Shown here piece after piece: positions 26,985 through 37,883 of a stretch of 64,000 nt of DNA; position 1 is the first letter of the stretch; every line of letters begins with the position of its first letter. The notes beneath the pieces were generated by a model, which saw only the letters and a program-made list of their open reading frames with translations, had not been told where the DNA came from and made no database searches. The translations under genes were made by a program, and so were the position numbers. Origin of the DNA: Gnetum montanum (lineage: Eukaryota; Plantae; Gnetophyta); NCBI GenBank assembly GCA_015680685.1, contig MNCI01000520.1, positions 164,301 through 228,300 on the forward strand, in the 5' to 3' direction.

Positions 26985-29900
26985 GTCTTTATCCACCACC
27001 CCACTAGGTCCTACATCCTCATCTAGATCCTACATAAGTCAAGGAGAAAACAATAAACCAATGAGTAAGTAAGCTAATGCATAAGGCTATCATGAAATAA
27101 ATTGCAATAAAGTAAAACTTGGCTAACCTAAGATGGGTCCACATCCATGTTTGGTGGTATTCTGTCAAGGCCAAACACCAAGCACTGGAGGATTTCTTCC
27201 TCAATCAAATTTGACCATTCTTCCTTTCCCAAATCAACGCCTGCTAAGATTTTCCCTTTCTCCACAGCTGTCCATATGGGTGGCCCTGGAGAAAATGTAG
27301 CAGATTTGAACTCTCTAGGAGGCATGGTCATTTCCCTCTCGGAAGATTCACTAACCACTAAGTGTTTCACAAATATATCATAGGCCTGGGTAGCACCAAT
27401 CACATCAAGGAATATCTCACAACCTTGCCATTCTATAGATGCATCTCTGTACTTTTGGCAATAAGCATCCATTTTATACATATGTTTATGATTCTTTTGT
27501 GCTTTCCCCCATTCATATACTTTGGCACTATAATCTTTCAAATCTTGATTCTTTTGGGCCAAGAGATCCATTTGCAAACATTGCTCGATTACTTCATGTA
27601 TGGCCTCTTTTTTGCCCCTTACAGCCAACCAATATCTAGCGTAATCAATTATGACTGTATGCCAACTACCATCTAAATTATCATGGGTCATTAAGAATTT
27701 ATTTTGTGACCATAGGTCTTATAGCTTGGCTACCTAACTTGCCTTTTCTTTTTTAAGTTTCTGAACTTGTTTCTAGAGATCTTCATTGACATGCCTACAC
27801 TCCCACAATGATCATGCCAAGTGTAGCATGCATTTGCTTGCTTCATCATATATATGATGAGGCACCTCTATTACCTTTGGAGGGAGTTTAGGCATAGTTT
27901 CAACTTCAACTATCTATCTCAGGTTCCATTTAAGTTGTGAAGCTATCATACCAAAAAGAAAAGAAAATGTTAGTCATAAGACAGTGGCAAAAAGAATTAA
28001 ACAACATAAAAAGCAACTGTGATAGCCCAAATGCACCTATCTCAGGATTGATTTGCTTGAAGTGATCGATTATGTCATCCGCTACACCTTGCATAAAAGC
28101 AAACTTATCTAGGGTTTCCATCCATAGTTGTAGGCAAAAAGTGGATGAAGACTCAAGGCCCCTAGTGGAAGTAGCAGCGAAAAGAAGAAAGAGGAGATAA
28201 AATCAACAAGAAAACAAATAGAAGAGGATGAGAGGAAAGAGGTAAAGTGAGAGAATAACATAAATGGTAGTGCAAAGCTCCTACCTAGCAAATCCTCAGG
28301 GGTAAGAATGGTGGGATCACCCATCTGAACACTGTCAAACAAACCAGCAAACTCACCATCCTCAAAATGCAGCCCCTCTTCTTCAAGCTACCTTAAGAGT
28401 GCAGTGGCATCCTCAGCTATCATACATTCCTTAGGTTGTGGAACATTTTCTACAAAAGGTTTCTCTATAGTAGAGGCCTCCTCTTCTATAGCAAGAGCCT
28501 CCTCTTTTGCAACAGGGTCCTTTCCTTTGGCAGCAGAGACCTCTTCCTCATCTACCATGCATAAGCCAAGGTTAGAGTGCCAATCCAACATATATGCATG
28601 ACAAATAAAGATAAAAAGCAACAAATAGGCTAGCTAAAGCATACTCACCAATGAACTTAGACCACACATTGCGAACTCTAATGCATAGCCTTTTACCCCT
28701 TCCTTCGATCGCACATGAGGGTTCCTCTGTAGGATGAGGCCTTTTAATTTGAAACTTTGATTTTACCATTTCTAAAATAAGACATGCCCCCCTCATAGTG
28801 TTGCCTATGTTGGTAGGAGGAGCCTCTTCAAGGCTATCATGTGCGTGAAAGGATGGTCCTACCCAATCCTTGGTGGTCATGCAAAAAGACTGCCCAATAG
28901 CCTCTGGAGGGTCTTGAGATTGAGTGGTTTGGAATATGTGGCAAATCCATGGCTTGGATATTTGGGTACGATCTTGTACCACCCCATTCTCTTGGATGAC
29001 CAAAAATTCTGCAAACCTATGCAAACATACTATAAAAAATGCAAAACGCACATGAAAACATGCCTCAAGTTTTCCATGCAGCCTGATGATCTCAGCCTGT
29101 AAGCCTTCTGCAAGATATCTAGCCCATTTGTATCACATCCCCTCCTCCATTACATCCCTCATGATCCAAGCTTACTTTACCATAAGAATTTTCCATTGGG
29201 AAAGTAGCTTGGAAAAAGCACGAGTCCAAAAGATAAGGTAAATATGTTGGGCTACCTTCAATTTGACCTTTTTCATATAAATGCCCTTGTGAACCTTGTC
29301 AGTTCCTAGCCATTTTTCAATGTCTCCTCGATGGTTTAGATCCTTGCTAGTATTTTCACCCATGAGTAAACCGTCATAGGGAACACCAAAGAGATCTAAA
29401 AAGAGGTCATTGGTGATCTCAAAGACCACTTGCACTTTGTAAACTCGTGTGCAAAAGTGGTCAACATTTTTCATGAAAGAATCAACAAGGGCAATCATTT
29501 CCGCTACTGGGATGCTTAGGTTCATAGCCAAAAAGAGATCCATGAGCCCAACCTCCTGCTCATTCTAGAAAATTGTTTCTGAGGCCCCATTGCATAACCA
29601 ACATTGTGATTCATTGACCTTGCCATATTTAAATAGAAGTTTAGCCTCACTATGTCTTGAGGCAATCAATGTAATCTCCTTGGATTTGGTTGTTATTGTA
29701 GTAACCAAAAATAGAATCATCCATGTAAAAAAAATCAAGAATGCATGAAAATAAACACATAATATAACTTTATTAACATGAATTATGTGGGAAATTGTGG
29801 TACTTGCACTAGTACTTCTTCTACAGTGGGTATCTGGTAGGATGCCCATTCACCATCTAACCACCTAAGCTCCTCACACTTCATATAGGATTTAGAGTAC

Positions 29901-31780
29901 TTGGTTGGATAAGTTTTTAAATCTACCCCAAGTTGTCTATAATGCTAGCACACACATTCTTATCAAAGGAGAACTCTTGTAGGGTCATTTGAACCAAGGC
30001 TAACACCCCCTCTCTATCATGAAGACCATATTTATCGATCAAAAATCTGGCAATCGATAGACCATAATAAGCATTCCAAATCATACAAAATGAACAAAAT
30101 AGAATATCTAATCATCCTAATAGAACTTACCCATCAGCACAGTAGATGGTTGTAGGTGGGTTTTGGAAGACTATGCCCATATGGTGAGCAACGAACAAAG
30201 TGTTATATTTGTGGTAGCATTTGAACTTTGGCACTACCCAAATCCAAGACAAGGATCTTAAGCCTCTTAGGTGTTGACTTGAGTCCCCTACCCCTTCCCC
30301 CTCAACAAAACCATTTGACATGAATTTTAAGATGCCTCAGTTTGCTCCAGGCAATAACGTTTCAATCAGGATGCTTGCTATTTTAGCAGACAAATGCGAC
30401 CACATCATTACGCTGAAGTGATGAAGCAGGGATTTTACGAATTCCTATGCACCCTTTGAGAACCAAACCATCTGGTTTCCTACTCACACATGTGGTGTAG
30501 GGACATTGCACATAGGGGCACTTATAGATCATAGAATCCCTACTGGCTCAACTACAATGAGGATTGGCTTCAACATAACCCTGCATTTCATAATGAAAAC
30601 ATTACTGCATAACAAGGGAAATTTTTGAAAAGAAAAAAATTGTCAAAATTTTTTCTAGGTGTTGGTTACACTCTTGTAGAACGTAACAATTTCTTGTGTA
30701 AAATTTCTCTAAGTGTTAGCTACACTCTTGTAAAGTGTAGCAATTTTCTATGAAAAATTTTTCTAAGTGTGGAGTGTGACAACCGTAGGACAAGCTATCA
30801 AACCAAAATTTTTCTATGTATTCGTCTTGCCCCTATGGTGTTCCACGTAGCATAGCAACTATATTCTATGTAGCGTAGCAACACTACCCCATGTAGCATA
30901 GTGACTACATCTTGTGTAGCGTAGCAACTATACAAAAAAAAGAAGGAAGAAGAAAGTGAATGAAGTCTGAGTCATGCTTCTAGAGAGCATAGTGACGCAA
31001 ATAGGCAAACATTTCTAGCTTGCCAGTTATGCTATTAGGAATGACATAGCCTGAGGGCTAACATAGGACACTTACAAAGCCCTTGCCTTGTTCCACTACA
31101 TGGAACACATGAAGAAACCTATCACACAATGCAAAACACGTAGTATCAAAAACCCTCCCCACATGCGTTATGCTACATAGGATGCATAAAACCCCCATTT
31201 TTTACCATCACGTGGGACACAATAGGACCATTATTTGACCTCACCCCATGTAGAACCTAGAGGCTTGTTATGAAACCCTTTGCCATTACTGCAGTGTAGA
31301 ACATCATAAAAGAAAAAGGGGGGAGTGGCACATGCACCACTCCCAGCCACAATGGTCATAGCGTAATGGCCATGGCAGTGGCAGTAGCAGCAGCATAATA
31401 GTTGCAGTGGCAACAGTAGCTAGGGTGCATTAGCCATGGCAAAGGCCATAGTAATAATGGCCCCCAATCAAGGCAGATTTTCCCAAAACCCCAAGACAAA
31501 TGAAAAAGAAAAGAAAAAATAAAAATAAAAAAATGACTAAAGTAGCGTGATGGCCTACTGGGTAGATAGTTGCTCCTGATGCTCTTCAACATGTGCTCTA
31601 GGGAGACGTCATAGGGTACACTCCCCTTCATCTACATTTGCAAATCCTAGGTGTCTATGCTCACTTTTGCACACCATTGTCTTGTTGTCAAGCTCTAGCC
31701 TATTAGTTGTGACACTCTGTAAGTGCTACGCTCTCTTCTCTGGATTGCGCTACACTCTGGATTGTTAGCTCTAACTATAA
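26985..31780 (-). pseudogene. Antisense multi-exon accessory gene inside element E (zinc-finger-like and plant-mobile-domain-like segments)
   Basis: Chain of minus-strand reading frames separated by GT-AG-like, T-rich introns, with its own TATA box. PMD-like motifs ALVDSF...FEITNDLFLDLFGVPYDG and YKWARYLAEGL. Exon boundaries were inferred by eye. Confidence 0.6.
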
Positions 31781-31809
31781 AAATAATAGGTTTACCATGG
31801 GTAAACCCC

Positions 31810-31817
31810 TATTTATA
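31810..31817 (-). promoter_or_regulatory. TATA box (TATAAATA) of the antisense gene
   Basis: GGGTATAAATAGGGG on the minus strand, just downstream (on -) of a 28-bp tandem array and upstream of the ORF chain. Confidence 0.55.
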
Positions 31818-31851
31818 CCCTTCAAGGTTACATAACATGTCACTTTTCTAG

Positions 31852-31985
31852 GATGTTCCATGTCCTGTGCATAACACAAGATGTCCCGTGTCCCACACGT
31901 AATGCAGGATGCTCTCTATCACGCACGTAACGTAGAATGCTTAGTGACCCACACGTAATGCAGATCATCCCATGTCCCATGTAGT
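31852..31985. repeat. About five copies of a 28-bp tandem repeat with CACGTAA cores
   Basis: Units such as GATGTCCCGTGTCCCACACGTAATGCAG. Confidence 0.8.
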
Positions 31986-32290
31986 GTAGCACACAGACTT
32001 TCTAAAAAAAAAGAAAATTGTTACATCTTAAGATTTTTTATATTTTTCCTATCCGGTGAACATTTAGTTCAATCCCATATTCCAAGTCTTTCAATTTTGG
32101 CTTAAGCTTTACATTTTATGCATATTTATGATCTACTAAGACCTTACACTGGAAATTTTGAAATGTAGCTTTACACCCTATGCATAGTTATGGTCCGCTA
32201 AGACCTTAAACTGGCAATTTTGAGATACTACATAGTTACTTTGCATGCATATCGCTTCATGTTGCTTTGTTAGGTAGGTACCACTTGACA

Positions 32291-32316
32291 TCTTTTGTTT
32301 TTTGGCTATTTTGCAG
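32291..32316 (+). promoter_or_regulatory. Putative splice acceptor upstream of RT (polypyrimidine tract plus TTTGCAG)
   Basis: TCTTTTGTTTTTTGGCTATTTTGCAG|GATC; the downstream frame (same as ORF 32295) is in phase with the RT ORF at 32571. Confidence 0.65.
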
Positions 32317-35300
32317 GATCACTTGGGAAAATGATCACACACGATGATCTGCATTTTCCTTTAATCTTAATTGGACCCCATGGTAGACTCATGAGATGCA
32401 TGAACATAGAGCTTTTCAACTTTGAACCACCTCCTTGTGACACCAACATAGCATCCTTAGAAACATCACTAGACTAGCCAGAACACCTGGTCCAAGCTTT
32501 AGATTTAGAAGTAGGTGATGTAACCAAAGATCCACTTATAGAAATCACTGTAATAACATGTAAAGATGAAATGAGAACTTTAAAACTTAGCTTTTTACTA
32601 GAGTTACAAATTCAGCAGAATATCTCTATAGTCCTTAACAACAATGTCAAGGTACTTGCATGGTCTTATGAAGATATGCTAGGTTTAGACCCATGCAAAA
32701 TACAACAAAACATTATCTTAGATACACATGTCAAGCTAGCCAAGCAAAAAGCCTCTAAAATTAAGCTAAAGATTGCATTAGCTATTCGTGACAAAATCAC
32801 TAAACTCTACCAAGCTAGGTTCATCCAGGTAGTCAATTATGTAGATTGGGTATCAAACCTCATGGTTTTTCCAAAGAAAATTGAGGGTATATGCATATTC
32901 ATAGACTTTAGGGACTTAAACAAGGCAACCATCAAGAACAGTTTCCCATTGCCCAGTATTGACCAACTTGTCAATACTACAGCTAGCCATGCCTTGTTAT
33001 CCTCCATGGATGGATTCTCATGGTACAACCAAATCCATATAAACTTGAAACATTAACTTGCTACTACTTTCATGACCCCTTGGGGAACGTTTTGTTATAC
33101 AGTTATGCCCTTTGGGCTAAAAAATGCTGGAACAACATACCAACATGCGATAACTTACATTTTTAGTGATTATCTTCTAGAACAGCTAAATGACTATGTG
33201 GATGATATAGCAATAAAATCCAAGAAGGCTCTTGATCACACAAATGACTTGAATGTTGTCCTTCAACATTGTCACAAGCATGACCTTTTTCTTAATCCCA
33301 AAAAGTGTCTTCGGCATCAACACCATGTTCATGTTAGACTTCATAGTATCAAAAACAAGAATACGTGTAGACCCTGATAAAGTTAAGGCCATTATTAACT
33401 TAGCACCACCTGCAAACCTTAAAGAGCTACACAGATTGTAAGGCAAGGTACAATTCATACAAAGGTTTATCGCAAGGTTGTCTGATAAGTTGCACCCAAT
33501 GCAACACCTACTCAAAAAAGGAGTCAACCTTGAGTGGAAAAACCAATGCCAAGAAGCATTTGACAACTTGAAAAAGGAGCTGATTCATCTTCCAACCGTT
33601 TATCCTCCCCAAAGAGATAATACTTTCTACATCTACCTTACAAATTTAGATATGTCCATTGCTGCCTTGCTCTGTCAAAAGAGAGATGATAGCTCTGAAA
33701 TTCCTATTTATTACCTAAGTCATGCGCTAATAGCTTACGAAGAAAAATACAATGATGTGGAGAAAAATTGTCTTCCTTTAGTATTTGCACTCAAAAAATG
33801 AAGATACTACATATTTCGTAGCTAGGTCAACATCATTTGCAAAAATAATATACTTAGGGCCATTACAAACAACATATATGAAAGTAGAAGAATAGATAGG
33901 TGGAAAGAAATAACTATGGAATTTGACCTACATTACGTAGCGCAGTCATCCACAAAGGGTCAAGCAATAACTACACAACTTGCTGCTTCACCTATAGATG
34001 ACCAGGCAATGATAGATCCCAAATTCCCAGATGAGCATGTTAGTAGTGTAAGCCCAGTACCTGTAGACTTCAAAGCCATTTTACACTTTGATAGTGCCTC
34101 AACCACACAAGGTGGTAGTGCTGCTACTATTATCACATTTCCCTCTGAAGAGATCCAACCTTTTGCGTACCACTTTGTGTTTCTTTGCACAAACAATGTA
34201 GTAGAATACGAGGGTCTCCTTAGGGGCATTCTAGCAGATCAGGAGCTAGGGATCTAAAGTATAGCAATTTGAGGTGATTCGTAGTTGGTCATTAACCAAG
34301 TCACATAGGTCTACACATGTAAAGAACAACACTTACAGCCTTACTATGATCTGGTGAAATACTTACTAAAATAATTTGCAACCTTAGATGTTCAACACAC
34401 TCCCCAGAATGAAAACGCTATAGTCGACACATTAGCCACTTTAGCTTTAAGTGTGTCACTAAATATGTTTGCTACCTTACCTGCTTCAATAGTAAAATGC
34501 ACTGACCCTATCATTCACACAACAAGTATCATGTTTGTAAGTGCATCCCAAACTCGAGAATGATATGATGACATCAAAGCATACCTTCAACATGGAAAAC
34601 CTCCACAAAACCTAACATCTGCCCAAAAAGATGCAGTGAGAAAATGAGCAAGGTAGTACATCCTCATAGGTGAAAATGCTTTATGTCATAGATCTTATGA
34701 TGGGATACTGCTAACTTGCGTTAGTGGTAATGAAGCATAAAGAACTGTTGATCAAGTCCATGAGGGACTATGTGGAGGGAATATAGCTATGAGGGAAATG
34801 GTGGAAAAAATTAGATGTCTAGGCTACTACTGACCTTATATGGAGCATGAATGCATCTCTAATAGTAGGACATGCGACGTATGTCAATGCCATGAGAATC
34901 TAATACATGTATCACCTACTGAGTTGCACACTACACAAATCACATGGCCCTTTCAACATTGGGGATTAGACATCATAGGGCCCATAACGCATAAGTATTT
35001 CATAGGACATAGCTTCATTATTACTACAACTAAGTATTTCATGAAGTGGGTAGAATTTATTTCCCTTAGGAAGACCACATCTCAGTAGGTTTGCAAATTC
35101 ATCCTAGATAATATAGTGACCCGGTTCAGCCTCCTTATGACTATTGTTATAGACAACAAGCCCTAATTTAGTAGTGTAGAAACTAGAGCCTTCTGTGAAA
35201 ACCTTGGCATTAAACACTCCTTCTCGTCACCGTATTACCCTCAAGAAAACAACTAAGTGGAAGCCACAAATAAGGCCATTATCATCCTTCTAAGGAATAT

Positions 35301-35802
35301 GCTTAACAATAGCATGCGACGATGGCACGAGCAACTAGTCTATGCACTTTGGGCTTACTATACAACATGCAGGACTGCAATAGGTAAAACACCATATAGT
35401 CTTGTATATGGATCTGAAGCAATGTTACCTCTTGAATTGCAAGTCCCATTGCTCCGAATGATCCTCTCAAACTTTATGGATGAGGCTTAGAACAACAAGT
35501 CAAGAATCATTGATCTTGACTTTATAGAGGAAGAGCACATCCAAATGCTTAATCGTATTGAGTGGTATCAAGATAAACAAAGGCAAAAGCATCATCATAA
35601 TCTACACTAGTGCCCAATCAAAAAGGGGGATCTAGTTCTCAAGGTCATTCGTGAACCTAAGAACAAGTTCTTAGCCAACTGGGAAGGGCCTTTGTTGGTT
35701 ATGAAAGTGTATAAAAATGAAGCATTCAAGCTTGTTGACTTAGACAACAATGAGTTCACTAATCGTATCAACCACCTATACCTAAAACCATATTATACCT
35801 AA
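32317..35802 (+). pseudogene. pol: RT - RNase H - archaeal-type RNase H - integrase of element E
   Basis: RT: LAWSYEDMLGLDP, IDFRDLNKA, MDGFSWYNQI, VMPFGLKNAG, YVDD. RH: PIYYLSH...VEKNCL. aRH: LHFDSAS...CTNNVVEYEGL. INT: HEGLCG..CDVCQ, WPFQHWGLDIIGP, PYSLVYGSEAMLPLE, WEGP. Many stops and frameshifts. Confidence 0.93.
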
Positions 35803-35849
35803 CATGCAGTATCATGCCAATAATAAAGCAAGGTAAGCAGTGCATTCGA

Positions 35850-36330
35850 TATAATGTTAAATTGGCACAGATAATCTCCTATGACATTAAACTAACACAG
35901 ATCATTTGCTATTATGTTAAACTAGAATAGAGCATCTACCATGACATTAAACTGGCATAGAATGTCTCCTATGATGCTAAACTGACATAGAATGTCCTTG
36001 GGCTATGACATTAAACTAGCACCCATAGCATGATCTACTATGACCATAAATTGGTCATCCATCATCCACTATGATGTTAAACTAGAATAGTGATATTCTA
36101 GGACCTTAAACCAGCATAGCATGATCCACCTAGACCTTAAACTAGGATCATGATCTACTGGGATCTTAAACTAGCATAGCATGGTTCACCCATATCTTAA
36201 ACTGGGATCATGATCTACTAGGACCTTAAACTAGCATAGCATGGTCCACCTAGACCTTAAATTGGGATCATGGTATACTGGGACCTTAAACTAGCATAGC
36301 TAATGGTCTACCAAGACCTAAAACTAGGTT
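35850..36330 (+). repeat. Tandem array of about 30 bp in the 3' UTR of E (ATGATCTACTAGGACCTTAAACTAGCATAGC), with a dimeric 60-bp period in the distal part
   Basis: About 16 units are visible; GCATAGC and GGATC variants alternate from about 36100. Confidence 0.88.
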
Positions 36331-37870
36331 CGCAAGTCAACATCTATGATTCAATATATGTGATCTTGTGAACAAGCGAGCGAGCATACTTCTGATCTTC
36401 TATCACCTATCCATGCCTCCTAGGCAAGATGGGATGGGATGTTGCAGTTCTAGGATGAAGTTCCCATCACCAAGAAAAAATCCTTTGGACATTTTGTAGC
36501 ATTTTCATCCCTGGCATCTTGATGATCTTCTAATGATGTCATTTGACATCTTGCTAATCTTTTGGAGCTACTGCCACCATCACCAATCATCTTGGTCATA
36601 GCTCCCACCGTTAGCACCTCCTGCTAGAGTCCCAAAAGTACTATGGCCCAACCACAATGCTACCACCCTCTAGCTCTTGCCATTGTCAGAGTCTAAAAGA
36701 GTATTCAGTAGCTTGGCTTCCCACCCTGCAGTTGAATTTCCTAGCTCCTACCTTTGGTGAGGATTCCTGGGCACCTACATCACAATTGCTCCTAGCCTTT
36801 TGAGTGCTCACTTCTAGTGTGGTTGCTAGAGCTTTCCAACCTACCACCATTAACGCTTCCACTGGCCTTCCTGCTTTGGACATTGCATGCACTAAACATA
36901 GCACTTGCAGCCCTTGCAGTGTCCTGAGAAGGCAGGACTTTTCCCTCACTTCACATGATGGTTTTTTTTTCTAGTTTTCTCTCTGTTGTCTTTTCAGGAT
37001 AAAGTTGGGATGGCGTCATTTAGGAATGTGTTTTACCATGATAGCAAGACATTACATTGTTCCAATGTACCCACTTCAACTAGCCTAGCTACTTGAGAGT
37101 GCTTACCCCAATATCCCCTCAACTAACCTAACCTCTACCTCCTATTCTTGCAATTTATAACATCCCCTTGTAAGCTTTCCCAATGCACATGAAACCCTTT
37201 CCTATGCTTAACTGCTAAACCCATGCTGGACATAATGCAACTCGTCCCATGGAAGCCTTTGTAGGCTAGTCAAATCCCCACATGGATGTAACACAACTCA
37301 TCTCGGGGAGGAAACAACTATCCTATAGTGATGATATGGTTGCCTTCAAGCGGATATGGGTGTGCAATTCCTCAAAAAAAAAAAGAAAAGAGAAAGAAAA
37401 ACGTAAAATAGAGAGAGAGAGAAAGAAGACAAGAAGGAAAAGGAAGGAAGAATGAGACAAGACAAGTGCCCAAGTCAAATGGCATAGTTGCTACTTCGTA
37501 ACCATCTTAGCCTTGGATCGATTATCTCTAAGCGCTTTAATGAGAGGTCAAAATCCAAAGAGAAAGACACCTATGTGTGCTGAGTCCCTCAAAAGCACTC
37601 CAATGAGGGATCATGTTATGGCAACACGCCATCATGGCATTATGTCTCACAACTACCCATGCCATCCAAGCTCTCCCTTGTTTCTCTAACCCATCTCCTT
37701 GAACATATCCCCTAGTCCCTTCCATACTATCATATTTCATTTTCCTAGCACTCTCAAGCATAGAAAAGCATCATCTAAGTAGGCACTAACAAATGGTGTT
37801 GGTGTCATCTTCATCATGGTGTTTTGTATTCTTTATTAATGTCTCTCAAGACAATCCTCCATATGTCAAC

Positions 37871-37880
37871 AAAGAGGGGC
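37871..37880 (+). promoter_or_regulatory. PPT of element E
   Basis: AAAGAGGGGC, 3 nt before the 3' LTR. Confidence 0.85.
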
Positions 37881-37883
37881 CAA

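Noticed and set aside
35850-36330. CRISPR-like appearance of about 30-bp periodic repeats (also 59310-59800)
   Set aside because: Head-to-tail degenerate units without unique spacers, no cas genes, and a eukaryotic retroelement context.
36400-37000. Minus-strand ORF 36686-36949 and a + strand acceptor-like site near 36997 in the E 3' region
   Set aside because: Short, low-complexity and without recognisable motifs; cannot be supported from a single copy.
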